Shown here: piece by piece, positions 27,691 to 41,877 of the stretch
Numbering within the stretch: the first letter of the stretch is position 1
Layout of the letters: each line of letters starts with the position of its first letter
DNA from: the human T2T-CHM13v2.0 reference genome, Homo sapiens
NCBI RefSeq assembly: GCF_009914755.1
Contig: NC_060937.1
Reading direction: 5' to 3' (one strand)
DNA length: 64,000 nucleotides
The notes under the pieces: generated by a model
The model's input: only the letters and a program-made list of their open reading frames with translations
Told to the model about the DNA's origin: nothing
Database searches by the model: none
Translations under genes and position numbers: made by a program

Positions 27691-30600
27691 AGATGAAGAG
27701 AAAATACATGGAATTTGCTCACTTCAAACTATCATATAAGCCTGAAGACCCTGTTGCTCCTTCATTTTAAAGTGAGGAGAAAATTAGAAGAAAAAAAAAT
27801 AGAAGAAAAAATAGAACACTAGAGAGTACTTAGAATTTCACTTGAAAATAGAAATAATTAAAGAAATAGAATTTACAACAAAACTAAGACAATACATATT
27901 TACAATTGATATAGTTGGGAGTAACTTCAGAGGTTCAAATATTGAAGACAGTTATTACAGATTAAACCAAGCTAAGGGTAAGGTTCAAGAAATTCAACTA
28001 AGGCAAGAGCAGGCATATTTAGATGAACTAGATCCAAATCCAAGAGATAATAAACTGAGATGAGGAACTCCACTTAGTTCCTGGCCACAATAAGTTGAAT
28101 TTAGGCAAAGAATTTCGGTAAAAACTGAAAGGAAAAATAACAATAGCTTGATATTAATCTAAGGTCTAAGGCATCATGACATAAATCTTCACAGGTTTAG
28201 AATTGATTTTGATTCCAGATAGCACTGAGCTTATAAATGAGTGAATACAATAAAATGTGTAAAAACAATGGAGAAAGACAATTTTAAATAGAAGCAAGGA
28301 ATTTCCATTTATATTTCAGAGCTTTAATACAAAATCTGTGATTAAGTTTGGGAAACTATAGTTTAAAAATATAGACACATAGACATTAAACAGAGAAACA
28401 TTTAGTTTAAAATGTATTTTGTGTCCCTGGGATAAGTGTCAAACATCTGAGATACTTAACCTATAAATGGAATTAATGCTTTATTTACAGAATATTTGTA
28501 ATGATTAAGTGAAATATTAAAATAGTTACCACATGCTGAAGACATAAACATTTTTAAAAGCTCTCCTTTACTTAAGATTTCAATCTGTTTAGACAATGTT
28601 ATATAAAATGTTGAGAAAATCTACAAATATGAAGAGTGATGATTTTAGATAAAGTTTTCAGAAAATAATGAGGATCTGAAGTATAAAAAGTTCTTTGAAA
28701 TATGTTTATGCTTATTACCTTAAAGAATGAAATATTTGCTTCTTTTGTATCATGAATTATCATACAAAAATTAAAAAAAATCAGTTGGAAATATGTCCAT
28801 GGAATTTAAGATGAATGATATATGATCCCACAGGAAAATGAGATCATAATATTCTTTCATAGTGTATTGTATATGTCTAAAATCTTGTTCTTCAGGCATG
28901 GTACTGGATTAAGAGACCTAGGTCTTTATTCCTTGAAGTAAGAGGTGATTTTTGAGGATGTGGGTATGATATTACCAACAGGCAAAAGTATCAGATAATA
29001 TAAAATCTTCTTAATTTCTACAATATTAGAGTCAATTTGTTCTTCTACAATTTATCTTAAGTCAGTAACTTCATGGGTCTCTCTTCTGCACCATTAAATA
29101 ATTTAAATAAGCTGATTATCCTCAAAGTGCTGTGTTGTCTCATCTTGAAATTTTTTAAGCCTCTCTGAATTTTTTAATTATCTGGATTCTGTGTGAATAA
29201 GCATGATGTAGACAGAACTACATATCCATCAATTGAGAATTATGAAATGAAACTCTTAATAGAGCTGAAGCTAACACTTCAACGTTTCTGAATATTTACA
29301 CAATGAAAGGTTTCCTAATTACACTTCTGCCTCTTTAGTTCATCTTACCATTCTGATTAGCAGTACAAATATAAACAGGGTTACCAAATTAAAAGGTAAG
29401 ATGAAAAAATTATGATTGTGTAGAAAACTCTTAGACACTTTTCACGTTACTAAGGTGGTAATTTCATCTTTCTTTTAAATAAAATGAAATCAAATGTATT
29501 GGAACCTTCTTCAATCAGCTGCTCTTTTAAATTTCCCATACTTATTTGGCATATACAAATCTTACACTTTTGAAGAGGATTATTGTAAAGAAAAAAATGA
29601 AATTCATTTTTATGTGTAGCAGTTGATCACTGAAAAATCAAGACTTTTGACATTACTCTTTACTCTGTGTGCTGTGAAAAAAATAAACTATTTAAGCATA
29701 TAAAAACTTAACCCACTACCAAAAATCTAGTGACTATCCAAGTAATTTGAAATTCTTTACACTCTTACCACTTAAATATGTATAATTTACATGTTATATG
29801 TAGCATGATAGATAATAAGCCAAGTAAAAATAAAATGCATTACAAAATTCTAAAATAAAAAGATTTGACACATAAAAAGCAAGGGAACCAATTTTTGACA
29901 GCATAATTATTTCCTGTCCATACTTCAATCCTTAGTGAATGCTTGGAGGGCACAACAAATAGAGAGCTGAAATATTACTTATCATGTATTCTAACTTTTA
30001 AAAGAAAGTTCTCAAACTAGTGAGTAGGCATGAAAACAAAGTGAGCATTGACCTTCATTAGTTATTACGCATCCTATTTGAGAAGTAAGAATGTCCGTAT
30101 CTCACTGCTACCTAAATTAAAGTGAATTTGAATACAATTGCTTCATAGGTCAGTTATGCCTATTTAGCAGTATACAACACATGTGACCTCTCAATTTTTA
30201 ATATTTAAATCTCCTAATATATTTCTGCTTGCTTATTCTCAGCTCTCTTTAATCTGAAGCTAAAATTTATATTTTCTTTTTAGAATTTTCCACTTAAACT
30301 ACAATATTTTCAATTTTATTTTGTCTGCCATTTTACACAGAAGATGCACAGCTTTCTGATAAACACAAATTCATTAATAAGAGTAGAGCTTTATTATGCT
30401 ACTTTTCTTATTTTAAAATGCTCAAGGGAAAAAAAATGCTTTTATTAAAACCCAGTGGTGTTTCTCAAACACCAGTACTTAAGAGATACTTAATTATCAT
30501 GATGAATACAATAAATTTATCTCACCTTTGTCTGAACTAAATTACTTGTCACTCAGTCAACAGTGTAAGCCAATTTTCCACATCAAAATATGTTTTTTTT

Positions 30601-30989
30601 GAAAGATTGAACATATGTATACAAGTGTGGGCATTAGTATTTTATTGTGGGATTCTTTTATCAATTTATGAATTTAAAAATGTTATATGCACATTGTGTT
30701 ATATTTCAGAAATGCTAATAAAATGAACTCAACCTAAATTAAGGATAAAAAACTCGAACATTTTTATTGAAGAAAATGTGTTCATTGCTGTTTTAAATGC
30801 ATTATTCACAAAAATATAGCTCTCATTGGCATAAAATTAACTTTGAGATTTATCCAGGAAAACCTCGTAAATTTCAAATTTTACTTTAGTTAGTATGTTG
30901 TCACAGAATTTTAAATATGGGAATCTTCAGCACCTTAAAATAGCAACCATGGCAATAACATTTGCTATTAAGTTATGTATTTGACAAAC

Positions 30990-31170
30990 ATTATTTTATT
31001 GAACTTCCACAACAAAACTATGAAATAAGTTATATTTTTAGATATATAGCCACAGAGACTTGTAGATTTAGATAATTTGCTTAGGTTCAGAAACTTTACA
31101 AGAGGCAAAGCCAAAACTCAAATTTTGCACAGATCTTTGTGAACCTGAAGTGCATGTTTTCAAACATTGT
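30990..31170 (-). mobile_element. MIR SINE
   Basis: ccacaacaaaactatgaaataag...ataatttgcttaggttcaga...ggcaaagccaaaactcaaa. Confidence 0.5.
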
Positions 31171-33561
31171 GCATCAGCTTATGTAACATTATATGTTGCT
31201 ATTGACTGCATGACATCAATTTTTAATTCATAGCCATCAGTACAACTTATGCTTTGCTGGTGTCAGAATCTGATATTGTCTCAGTGTTATATAGTACTTT
31301 AAGGACCTAGACCAGCTACTCTGAGATTGGTTCTCTTTTCTCAAAAAAAGAAAAAAAAATACATAAAAGAGGACAAAATATAATATCATACTTAAAAGGT
31401 AGTGCAATAATCTCCTTTAAAAGAGTTTCAGATTGCTAATGTGGGATTTTTTACTATAATGTCCATGCTTTTATTTTGAATTTTTACTTTGTTAATTCAA
31501 AGACATTATAGTACATTGTAATAACATATTAGCATAAGTTTAAAACTAAGCTAAGTACAATTATGTTCCCAAGAGGCACAGAAATATTAAAAACAAACTC
31601 AGTTAAAGAATATTGTTGTTCCTCCAGCTATCCTTTAAAATTTGAGTTTGTTTGTAATACTTTGTTAAATTTTCCCAATTTATTGCACTTTGTACTTCCT
31701 ATCCTATGTTTTAGGGAATGTCATTCCCTCTTAAAATAATCTCTTACATTGAGTACAATGTGTAATGTTACAATTGCACTACTTTTTAAGGGATCAAAGA
31801 CTTGATGTGGCATGACATGCAAAAATTAACATATGACAATTGTGCAAATTGTGAAAGAGAACTATTTTCTCAGGAACCCCCAGGAATAGTGTTTTTGCTA
31901 TACCACCCATGAATTTTCCTTTCAGAAATCCTTTATATCACCAGATTATCCTGATCACCCTATCCTTCACTTGCATTTAGGCAATAAACCTGTACAAATG
32001 TTGAATGTAGAGTTGAAAATAATATTTAAAATAAAGTCTGCTGGGGAAGAATTCAGTGGTACACTCAATCTTTCTGGATATTTTATTTCTAATAATATCT
32101 CAAATTACGTTGGTTTGTATAGCAGTCCTATCACACTGGTAATTTATATCGACCTTTCAGTCCAATTAAATCATTTGCTAATTTTCATGTAAACTTCTGG
32201 TTAAGTCAGAGCTCCACTCTTACTTGGGTTGTCAATTATTCCTAACACATATTTTGCAAAGACTGTTAAATTAATTCCAGTTGTATTAAAGGGTAGAAAG
32301 TCATTTTAGAAGGCCCAGAGTTTATTTTTTAATAAGTGTCAGGGATCTTCGAACTACACAGGCACATTCAAAAATGTAAGCACACCAGGACAGGCAAAAC
32401 AAGAAATTTATCATTGACCCCTTCAAATAGGTTGAAAGTTTTCTGCACAATATCTTTCCCAGTATTTGATGTGACACGCCTCTCTGCTTTGGATTATTTT
32501 TTACTTTTTTACTGTGATACACAATCATGACTCAGAAGAAAGTTCTCCAGTCAATAAAATCCTGCTTCAGCTGTCTTTTACTGACTTCTGCCTTGTTTAG
32601 TAATATTGTACCTATTTCATTCTTTTATACCTTACACAATGCTTATCTACACATTTCTCAGTATTCTCAAATTTTTATTTACACAAACTTTTACTTATAG
32701 CTAAAGTGAAATACCACTTTTACCTGAACACTGAATATTCTCGCTCCTGGTATTCCTAAGATGAAAAATAGGGGCATTTTCACGTTCTCAAGAATTTTTT
32801 CCTTACACTTTCTCACCAGTTTTTCTTATTCGACTATCTGCCCTCACTCTAAATTTATACCAGTTTTTTATTATTTACAAACTTCTAAGAGACACATCGT
32901 CCAGCATTCTTCAAGAGTTTCTATTTTCAATAAAAATTGCTCATGATCCTGATTTCACTATACTCTTTCTTTTATCACTATTTCATAAAATTTAACATAT
33001 AGGAAAAAACCCTAAAGCAGCCTTGGACATAGTAACTACTTGACTGTTACACTTACGATTTAAGGAAAGTACACCCCAATCCCTAATCAATTCCTAATCC
33101 AACTTCCATTCTTTAATCTTTTGCTTTTCATATTTTCTTTATCATTATTCAGACCTCCAATCTGATAACTATTTCCTCTGTCAGTTGTCTCTTTCTAAAT
33201 GTTCTTCTTAACTAATCTCTGCTCCACAAACATTAAATCATTTTTTCTATTGTTTAAATTTGCTAAGTACAGCATTTTAATAGTTACACTAAACTACTTT
33301 TGCCAATTTCAAATATGATATGAACTAAAGAGTGTGTTTTATCTTCTACTTTATATTAGGTTATTAAACATTGAAAGCAAAAGTCACTTGCAAAGATAGA
33401 CCATATTAAAAACAAACACACAAACAGAAATCCCTCAAATTCACTTTCAATGTTTCCCTAAGGATTATGATTAATAACTTCATTAAAATCAGGTTAATTC
33501 TAATATTCTCGTCAGTGAAAGTATACCAAAGCATTTATTATGTTTTAGAGACAGAAGTGGA

Positions 33562-33806
33562 TTTGGATTTCCTGGTAAATAAAGAACATCCCAGTTAATT
33601 CTAAATTCAAACAACATTTTTAAAAGTTCAAGTATATCTTATATACTGAATATGGATAATAATAGAAAAATGTATATAATGTATATTATATTACATAAAA
33701 TATATATAATGTATATTATACATAATTAATATGTGTGTATGTTATTTATCTGAACTTTGATTTAACTATATGTCCTGTGCTTTTATTTGCTGTATCTGGA
33801 ATCCCA
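33562..33806. mobile_element. MER53 palindromic MITE (hAT-Blackjack) with an AT-rich internal expansion
   Basis: Inverted arms aacatcccagttaattctaaattc and tttatctgaactttgatttaactatatgtcctgtg. Confidence 0.65.
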
Positions 33807-34279
33807 GGATCAAAAAACTTATTATTTCAGAAAACGAGCTCATCTTTTTCTTTATTATGAAGATCAAGATAGCCCATTTGTATGGATTTATTGTTCTGGA
33901 ATTTTATTCAAAGGTACTCTGAAAGGCATAGTTTGCTGTTTCTGGCTGGGAGTAATTGGCACTGCCCCCACCCCCCACGTATTTATATATTTTTGAATCT
34001 TTGCATGCCATCTGCTATTTAGTCTCTCTCTCTATATATATATAGTGTCAATATTATATATATGCAGATATATATGTCTACAAATATGTGTGTGTGTGTA
34101 GAAGATAGATAGAGAACAAAATTCATCTTCCTTATTATGTCACAGTAAAAGTATATGCCTACCTGACTATTAGCCTTATCATCTCATCTTTTAAAAAGAA
34201 TACTTTTTCCCCACTTGTTTCACTATCAAAATGTACATTCATTCTTTATCATACTGGATTTCTACCCCCTATTTTCCCC

Positions 34280-34680
34280 CTAGATTTATTGAGGTATACT
34301 TGACGAATAATACTTGTGCATATTTAAGGTATACGAAGTGACATTTTGATATATGTATACATGGTGAAAAGAGTACCACAATCAAGCTAATCAGCGTATT
34401 CATCAACTCACAGAGTTAAGGTTTCCTTTTTGTGTTTGATGGAAACACTTAAGGTCAACTCTCTTAGCATATTTCAAGTTTATAATACAGAATTAAGTAT
34501 AGTTAGCATGCTGCACGTTAGATCTCCAGAATTATTCGTCCCACAAAACCCCGACTTTGTACTCTTTGACCAACATGTCTCTATTTTTTCTAACCCCAGC
34601 CTCTACAAATCACCATTCTACTCTCTTTGATAAATTTGGCTTAAAAAATTCACATGTGAGATCATGTTTGTGTTTGTTGT
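34280..34680 (-). mobile_element. L1MA 3' end fragment
   Basis: agatttattgaggtatacttgac...accacaatcaagctaat...acttaaggtcaactctcttagcatatttcaag. Confidence 0.8.
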
Positions 34681-34689
34681 TTTATAGCC

Positions 34690-36745
34690 AGTTTTACATG
34701 TAAAATCACATTTATTTATGGTGTAAAAATGATGTTTTGATATACATATACATTGCCAAATGTTTGCCACAACCAATTAATTAATATGTTCATTACTTCA
34801 CATGGTTATTTTTTTTCATGTTGAGAGTATTTAAGATCTACTCTCTTAGCATTTTTCAGTTTAAAATTCATTATTATTAACCATCATTATCATGTTATAC
34901 AATAGATCTTCAGAACTTATATATCCTCTCTAACTGAAACTTTGTACCAGTTGACCACCTCTTTTCATTCCCCCTCTTCTTCCAGCGCCTAGCAACCACC
35001 ATTCTACTGTCAGCTTCTATGAAGTTGACTTTATTAGATTTCACATATAAATGAGGTCATGCTGTGTTTGTCTTTCTGTGAGTGGTTTATTTCATTTACC
35101 ATAATTTCCTTTAGGTTCATCCACTGTATATGTATACCATATGTTCTTTATCCATTCATCCATTGATGGACATTTAAGTCAATTCCATATCTTGACTATT
35201 GTGGATAATGCTGCAACGGGCATGGATGTCTCTTCAGAATACTGATTACATTTCCTTCTGAAATATACCCAAAGATGTGATTGCTAGTCATATAGTAGTT
35301 CAAATTTTAGTTATTGAGGAAATTTCATACTGTTTTTCACAATGGCTTTACCAATTTACATTACCACCAACAGTATATAAAGGCTCCTTTTTCTCCACAT
35401 CTTCACTAACACTTATCTCTCCTACTTTTGATAGCCATTCTAACAAGTGTGAAGTGATATCTCATTATCATTTTGATTTGCCTTTCCTGATAATATATTT
35501 ATTACCTCACATGGTTATTTTACGTTGAGAACATTTAAGATATACTCTTACCATTTTTCCAGTATATAATACGTTATTATTAACTACAGTCACCATACTA
35601 TAGAGTAGAGCTCCAGAACTTATTTATTCTGTCTAACTAAAACTTTGTACCTTCTGACCAACATCTCCCCATTTCCCCTCTAATGATATTAAGCACCTTT
35701 TATATGACTTTTGACTATCTGTGTGTCTTCTTTTGAAAACAATGTCTGTTAAAGCTTTTAGCCCATTTATTAATCAAGTTATTTGGTTTGAATTTTTTTG
35801 GCTTTAGGTTGTTTGAATTCATTATAGATTTTGAAGATTAACCCCTTATCAGATATATGGTATGCCAATACATTCTCCCATTTAATTGTAAGCTGCCTTT
35901 TGAGGCTGTTGATTCTTTCATTTGTGCAAAAGCTTTTTTTTTTTTTTTTCAGTGCTATCCCACTTGTCTATTTTTGCATTTGTTGCCTAGGTTTTTGGTG
36001 TTATATCCAAAAATATCATTACCCAGATCAATGATAAGAAATTTTTTCTCTAGGTTTTCTTCCCTTAATTTTACAGTTTCAAGTCTTATATTTAGTTTTT
36101 AATTGAGTTGATTTTTGTATATTGTGTGATATAGTGTAAAATTTCATTCATTTTTATGTAAATACCTAGTTTTCCCAACACCATTTACTGAAGAGACTAT
36201 ACATTCTCAATTGCATGTTCACATATGTGGCACCTTGGTGCAAGATCAGCTGACCATAGGTATGTAGTTTTATTTATGAACTCTCTATTCTATTCCATTT
36301 CTCTATGTCCATTTTTATGATATACCATTCTGTTTTGATGGGTATAGCTTTGCAATATATTTTGAATTCAGAAAGTGTGATGCCTCCTGCTCTCTTCTTC
36401 TTTGTCATCATTGCTTTGGCTATTTGGTGTCTTTTGTGATTTCACATAAACTTTAAGATTTTTTTTTCTATTTCTGTGAATATTTCCAATGAGATTTTCG
36501 TAAGGATTGCATTGAATCTACAGATTGCTTTGGGTAGTATAGACATTTTAACAGCATTAATTCTTCTCAACCAGGAACATGAACTCTCTTTCCATTTATC
36601 TTTGTCTTCTTTAATTTCCCTCATAAATATTTTATACTTTTCACTGTACAGGTCATTCATGTATTTGGTTACATTTATTCCTAAGTATATTATTATTACT
36701 ATTAATTTGCTCTTGTGAATGGAATTGGATTCTTCCTTTTTTTGT
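34690..36745 (-). mobile_element. L1MA 3' ~2 kb (3'UTR plus ORF2 C-terminal part) containing an extra 3'UTR copy
   Basis: Antisense ORF2 (ORF 36442-36660, ...KMSILPKAICRFNAI) and 3'UTR motifs. Confidence 0.8.
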
Positions 36746-36761
36746 AAAACATTAACAAAAG

Positions 36762-37262
36762 ATTTTTTTATTTCTTCTAAGACAAAAAATGGGACAAATG
36801 TACAGAACGTGCAGGTTTGTTACATAGGTATACATGTGCCACGGTGGTTTGCTACACCTATTGACTCATTCTCTAAGTCCCCTCACCTCACTCCCATCCC
36901 CAACAGGCCCTGGTGTATGTTGTTCCACTCTCTGTGTCCATGTGTTCTCATTGTTCAACTCCCACTTATGAGAGAACATGCGGTATTTGGTTTTCTTGGC
37001 CTGTGTTAGTTTGCTGAGAATGATGGCTTCCAGTTTCACCCATGTCCCTGAAAAGGACATTATCTCATTCCTTTTTATGGCTGAATAGTATTCCATGGTG
37101 TGTATGTGCCACATTTTCTTTATCCAGTCTATCACTGATGGGCATTTGGTTTCGTTCTATGTCTTTGCTATTGTAAATAGTGCTGCAGTAAACACACGTG
37201 TGCATGCGTCTTTATAGTAGAATGATTTATATTCCTTTGGGCATATACCCAGTAATGGGATT
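36762..37262 (-). mobile_element. L1PA 3' end (~500 bp)
   Basis: cagaacgtgcaggtttgttacataggtatacatgtgcc...atacccagtaatgggatt. Confidence 0.9.
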
Positions 37263-38428
37263 AAGACTTCTATTCTTACTTTAAGCAAAGTAGACTATTG
37301 CCCAAAAATACAAGGCCCTAGAAGAAAAAAGAGTCTTGATATAGTATCAAAAGTTGCACAGTTACTAAATATACCATGAGCTAACAGAATATAATATCAT
37401 GTTTATCATTTAATAAAAAACAGTCAATTTTGTAAGTGACTTCTGTTCTTTCCACAAAATGCTGTATTTTGAAACACAACACACTTAAAGAATTGTCATA
37501 GTTATTTGTGTTGGCACTGTATTTATTTTATTTTAGATTTTATCTTTTTGAATTTTATTTATTTTTGAGCAATAGTCTGGTTTCAATTATGAATAATTTT
37601 CTTGAAAAAAATTCATTAATTTTAGCAACTTGTAATAAGCCTAAGAGTTATAAAAAAAAGTCTAGAAAAAGTGGCTGGTTTTATAGATGCATATCCTACA
37701 AAATAAAAATAACCAAGTGAAGAAATTAAAATTAACTACTTTCTACTTATTTCCTATGTTATGCATTTTGCATAACTAGATGATACGTTGGGATAATTAG
37801 TGGATTAGAAATATAAATGTGATGTTACATTATATTTTCTATTAGACTTTTTCAGCCTCCCTTCCTGTGTCTAGTTCAATAAACTATAATTCAATATAAA
37901 ACTGTAGCCCATAGTAAGAAAAAGTCATGTATTAAAATCCAGTAAATCCAAACATACATACAGAGATAACAGGAACAAGCTATATATAATAATTATTATT
38001 ACTATGTGCATGCACTCTGATACTTTTATTCTTTAATTCTGATTGATATTTTTGAGCTAATCATGACTTACACAATGGAATTTTAAAATCACAAATATAT
38101 CATAATCCGAGTTTTAAAAACACTGCTATTGAAATTTTATGGCTCTCATTCTGGATATTTCTATATCCCTTCCTAGGAATTTCTGAATCTTTGTAGCTTG
38201 TCATTGCAAAGAGAAACTGGAGTCTCCAGAGAAGATAGAACTAACTCATCTGGGACCCAAGCATATCCTATTTTACTGCCATTTCTAGTACTTTTTTTAT
38301 TTGTCCAAAAGATAAGAGCAGGGTCTTTAAAATATCTGTTTTTAAATAAGACTCCTCTAAAGCAATTCCTCTGATTGAACTTAATTACTTAATTTCTGAA
38401 TAGATCTCTGTGAGAAGTATTAACTTGG

Positions 38429-38836
38429 TGTATTAGGCCACTCTTGTGTCACTATAAAGAAATACCTAAGAGTGGGTAATTTATAAGAAAAAGAGGTTTA
38501 ATTAGCTCATGGTTCTTTTGGCTATACAGGAAGCAGAGCACCTGCATCTGCTTCTTGGAGTCCTCGGGAGTTTACAGTCATGGCAGAACTTAAGGGGGAA
38601 CAGGCATCACATGGTTGGAGTGAAAGCAATTGGAGCGGGGGGTGTCACACACCTCTAAAAAACTAGATCTCAGGTGTTGAGAGCAAGAGCTCACTCATCA
38701 TCAAGAGAATGACACCAAGCCATTCATGAGGGATCTGCCTCCGTGTTTCAAACACCTCCAACCTGGTCCCAACTTAAACACTGGAGAACACACTTCAACA
38801 TGGGATTTGGAGGGGACACATATTCAAACCATATCA
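38429..38836 (-). mobile_element. MST-type MaLR solo LTR (MSTA-like)
   Basis: tgtattagg...aagaaatacctaagagtgggtaatttataagaaaaagaggtttaatt...caaaccatatca. The 5-bp TSD cttgg/ctcag can both derive from ctcgg. Confidence 0.85.
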
Positions 38837-38858
38837 CTCAGCATAGAAAAACATTTTA

Positions 38859-38914
38859 TGTCTTACTCTCCTTTGGCTGCTAAAACTAATACCATAGGCT
38901 GAGTGGATTAAACA
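38859..38914 (-). mobile_element. Short MLT1/MST LTR end fragment
   Basis: tgtcttactctcctttggctgctaaaactaataccataggctgagtggattaaacaa. Confidence 0.55.
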
Positions 38915-41272
38915 ATGATCCCAAAATCAATTAATGTAATTCCTCACATCAACAGACTAAATAAAAAAAAGTCACATGAATCAATAGATGCAGAAAAAGC
39001 ATTTGACAAAATCCATCAGCCATTCAGGATAAAAACTCTCAGAAAACCAGAAATAGAGGGGAGTTTCCTTGATGGAGATTATTTACAGAAGAACGTACAG
39101 CTAAATAACACTTAATGCTGAGAAACTAGATGCTTTCCCCTGATATTGAGAATAAAGCAAGTATCTCCTATCCCACCAAATCCATTCAATATAGTACTAG
39201 AAGTTCTAGCTAATGCAATGAGACAAGAAGGCAAACAAATGGCATACAGATTGGGAAGAAAGAAATGCAACTGTTTTTGTTCACAAGATGATATAAGTTT
39301 ATATATAAAAAACTGAAAGAATCGGGAAGAAAACCTTCCTGGAACAAATAAGTAATTATAGTAAAGATGCAGAATACAAGGTTAATAAACAAAGGTCATT
39401 TACTTTTCTATATAGCAGCAAAGGACAATAAGAATTTGAAAATGAAGACAAAATAAGGAGAAATGTGACAAAATATTTTCAAAATCTATCTGAGGAAAAC
39501 TATAAAATTCTGATGAAATAAATCAAAGTTGATCTAAATAAATCAAATTTGATCTAAATAAATGGAGAGATATTGCATGATCATGGATAGCAAGTCTCCA
39601 TATTATCAAGATGTAAATTCTTCCCACTTGTTCTATAGAATCAATGCAATCCCAATAAAAATTACAGCAAGCAACCTTGCAGGTATCAACAAACTGATTC
39701 TACATTTTATGTGGAAAGCCAAAAGACCCACATTAGCCAACACAATACAGAAGAAGAACAAAGTCGTAAGACTAACACTACTGGTTTTCAAGACTCAGTG
39801 TAAAGCTACAACAATAAAGACAGCGTGGTACTGGAAAAAAGAACAGATAAATACATCAATAGAACAGAAAAGAGAGCCTTGTAATAGACACATGTAAATA
39901 TAGTCAACTAATTTTTGATAAAAGAGCAAAGGCAATTCAAAAAAGAAAGAATAGTTTTTTCAACAAATGACGCTGGAACAACTGAACATGTACGTGCAGA
40001 AAAAAATGGATTTGCACACAGACCTTATATCCTTCACAGAAATTAACTCAAAATAGATCACAGACCTAAAGGCAAAACTATAAAACTCCTAGAAGATAAT
40101 AGAAGATAATTCTAGGTGACCTTGTGCATGACAATTACTTTTAGAAGTATGACACCAAAACATGACCTATGAAAAAAAAATTATTAGTAGGAGTTCATTA
40201 AAATTAAAAATGTCTGCTTGACAAAAGGCATTGTTAAGAGAATGAAAATCCAAGCCACATACATGGATAAAATACTTGCAAAACATATATTTGATAAAGG
40301 ACTTGTCATGAAAATATTAAAAAAAAACTCTAAAAACTCAAAAATAAGAAATAACCCATTTTTTAAAAAGTCACAAGTAAGAAATAAGCAATCCATTAAA
40401 AAACTCACAAATAAGAAATAAACAACCCTATTTAAAAAGACAAATAGACATTTAACTAAAGAAATGTCATATAAATGACAAATAAGAATGTCAATAGATA
40501 TTTATCATCACACACCATCATATGCCATCAGGGAAGTAGAAGTCAAAAGAACAATGAAATAACATTAACCACCAATTAAATGCTGAAATTCAAATCACTG
40601 ACAACGCTGTATACTGGCAAGGTTGTGAAGCAAAAACAATTTTTTATCAATGCTATTATAAATGCAAAACTATAGAGATTCTTTAGAAGACAGTTTAGCA
40701 ACGTATTTCAAAGCTAACATATGATTGCCGTATAATAATCACTCTTGTAGTTGAAAACTCAGTCCACACTAAAACCTGCACACAAGCTTTTGCAACAGAT
40801 TCTTTTCATAACTGCCCAAACTTCAAAGCAGTCAACATGCCCTTCAATAGGTGAATCATACACCCATACAATGGAGCAATATTTAGCTCCTAAAAGAAAT
40901 GAGCTATCAAGCCACCTGAAGACATACACAGAACCTAAGTGCATATTGGTAAGTGAGTACAGTCTGAAAAGTCTATGTACTGTGTTTCCAAATATGTGGC
41001 ATTATGGAAAAGGCAAAAGTATGGAGATAGTAAATATGTCAGCAACTGTGAGGATTCCTGGGGAAAGAGAAAAGGATGTGTAGGTGGTATACAGGGCATT
41101 TTTAGGACGCTGAAATTATTTGTTATGATATTTTAACAGTGGATGCATGAAATTGTGCATTTAGCCAAAACCCGTGGAACTGTACAACACTAAGAATGAA
41201 GGCTAATGTAAACTGTGAGCATTAGTTAATGATCATGTAACAGTGCTGGTTCATTAATTGTAACAGATGCAG
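38915..41272 (+). mobile_element. L1MC-type element, ORF2 RT region through the 3'UTR
   Basis: [11 protein letters not shown] remnant. L1MC-style 3'UTR: aaaacccgtggaactgtacaacac...ggttcattaattgtaac. Confidence 0.8.
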
Positions 41273-41699
41273 TAGAGAAGGTCACTTTCCTTCATGATCT
41301 TGGGCTACAGATCTGAAGGATGAGGAAAGGCCACAGGAAATGAAAGAGCTAGATAGCAGTTCTCAAGTGCAGTCTCTCACATGTATCACGTAGGAGGGCA
41401 TTGCTGTTAGGAGCAGCAACAACAGTGTCTGGGTTGGCACACACGAGCAGGCAGCAGAGAGGAAACTGTGAAGCTTGCACAATGTGAGGAGGAAAATGGA
41501 AGCCTGGAAGAAGAGCCCATGTGAAAGGTATAGGGCAATTCAGACAGGGAACAAGAAAATTAGCAAAGAATAAGGCGCTGGCAAGCTGAGCAGAAGGAGA
41601 TTGGTGTCAGAAATTCTGAGAACAAGATACACTTACGTGATGTTACTTTGTCAGAAATACATGGCAAAAGAGAAAAAAAAAACTGCAGAAAAAACTCCC

Positions 41700-41877
41700 T
41701 AGGAATGAGTGCTAAATTTAACAAACACAAAATACACAACATCTAATTTCATTTGAATTTCAGATAAACAGTTTTTTTTGTATATGTGTGTCACATATAA
41801 TACTTGGGACATACATTAAAATTGATATTTAAAATTTAAATTGAACTGAACATCTGAATTTTGTCTGTCATCCTTAC
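41700..41877. mobile_element. MER53 MITE
   Basis: atttgaatttcagataaaca...tacttgggacatac...aaatttaaattgaactgaacatctg. Confidence 0.7.

Noticed and set aside
27842-28063. 73-aa ORF with soluble-looking composition
   Set aside because: It has a non-ATG start (ttg), no recognisable domain and no splice support; ORFs this long are expected by chance.
28896-28937. 42-nt open segment between ttcag and gtaaga
   Set aside because: It is isolated, looks MIR-like, has a weak donor context and no partner exons.
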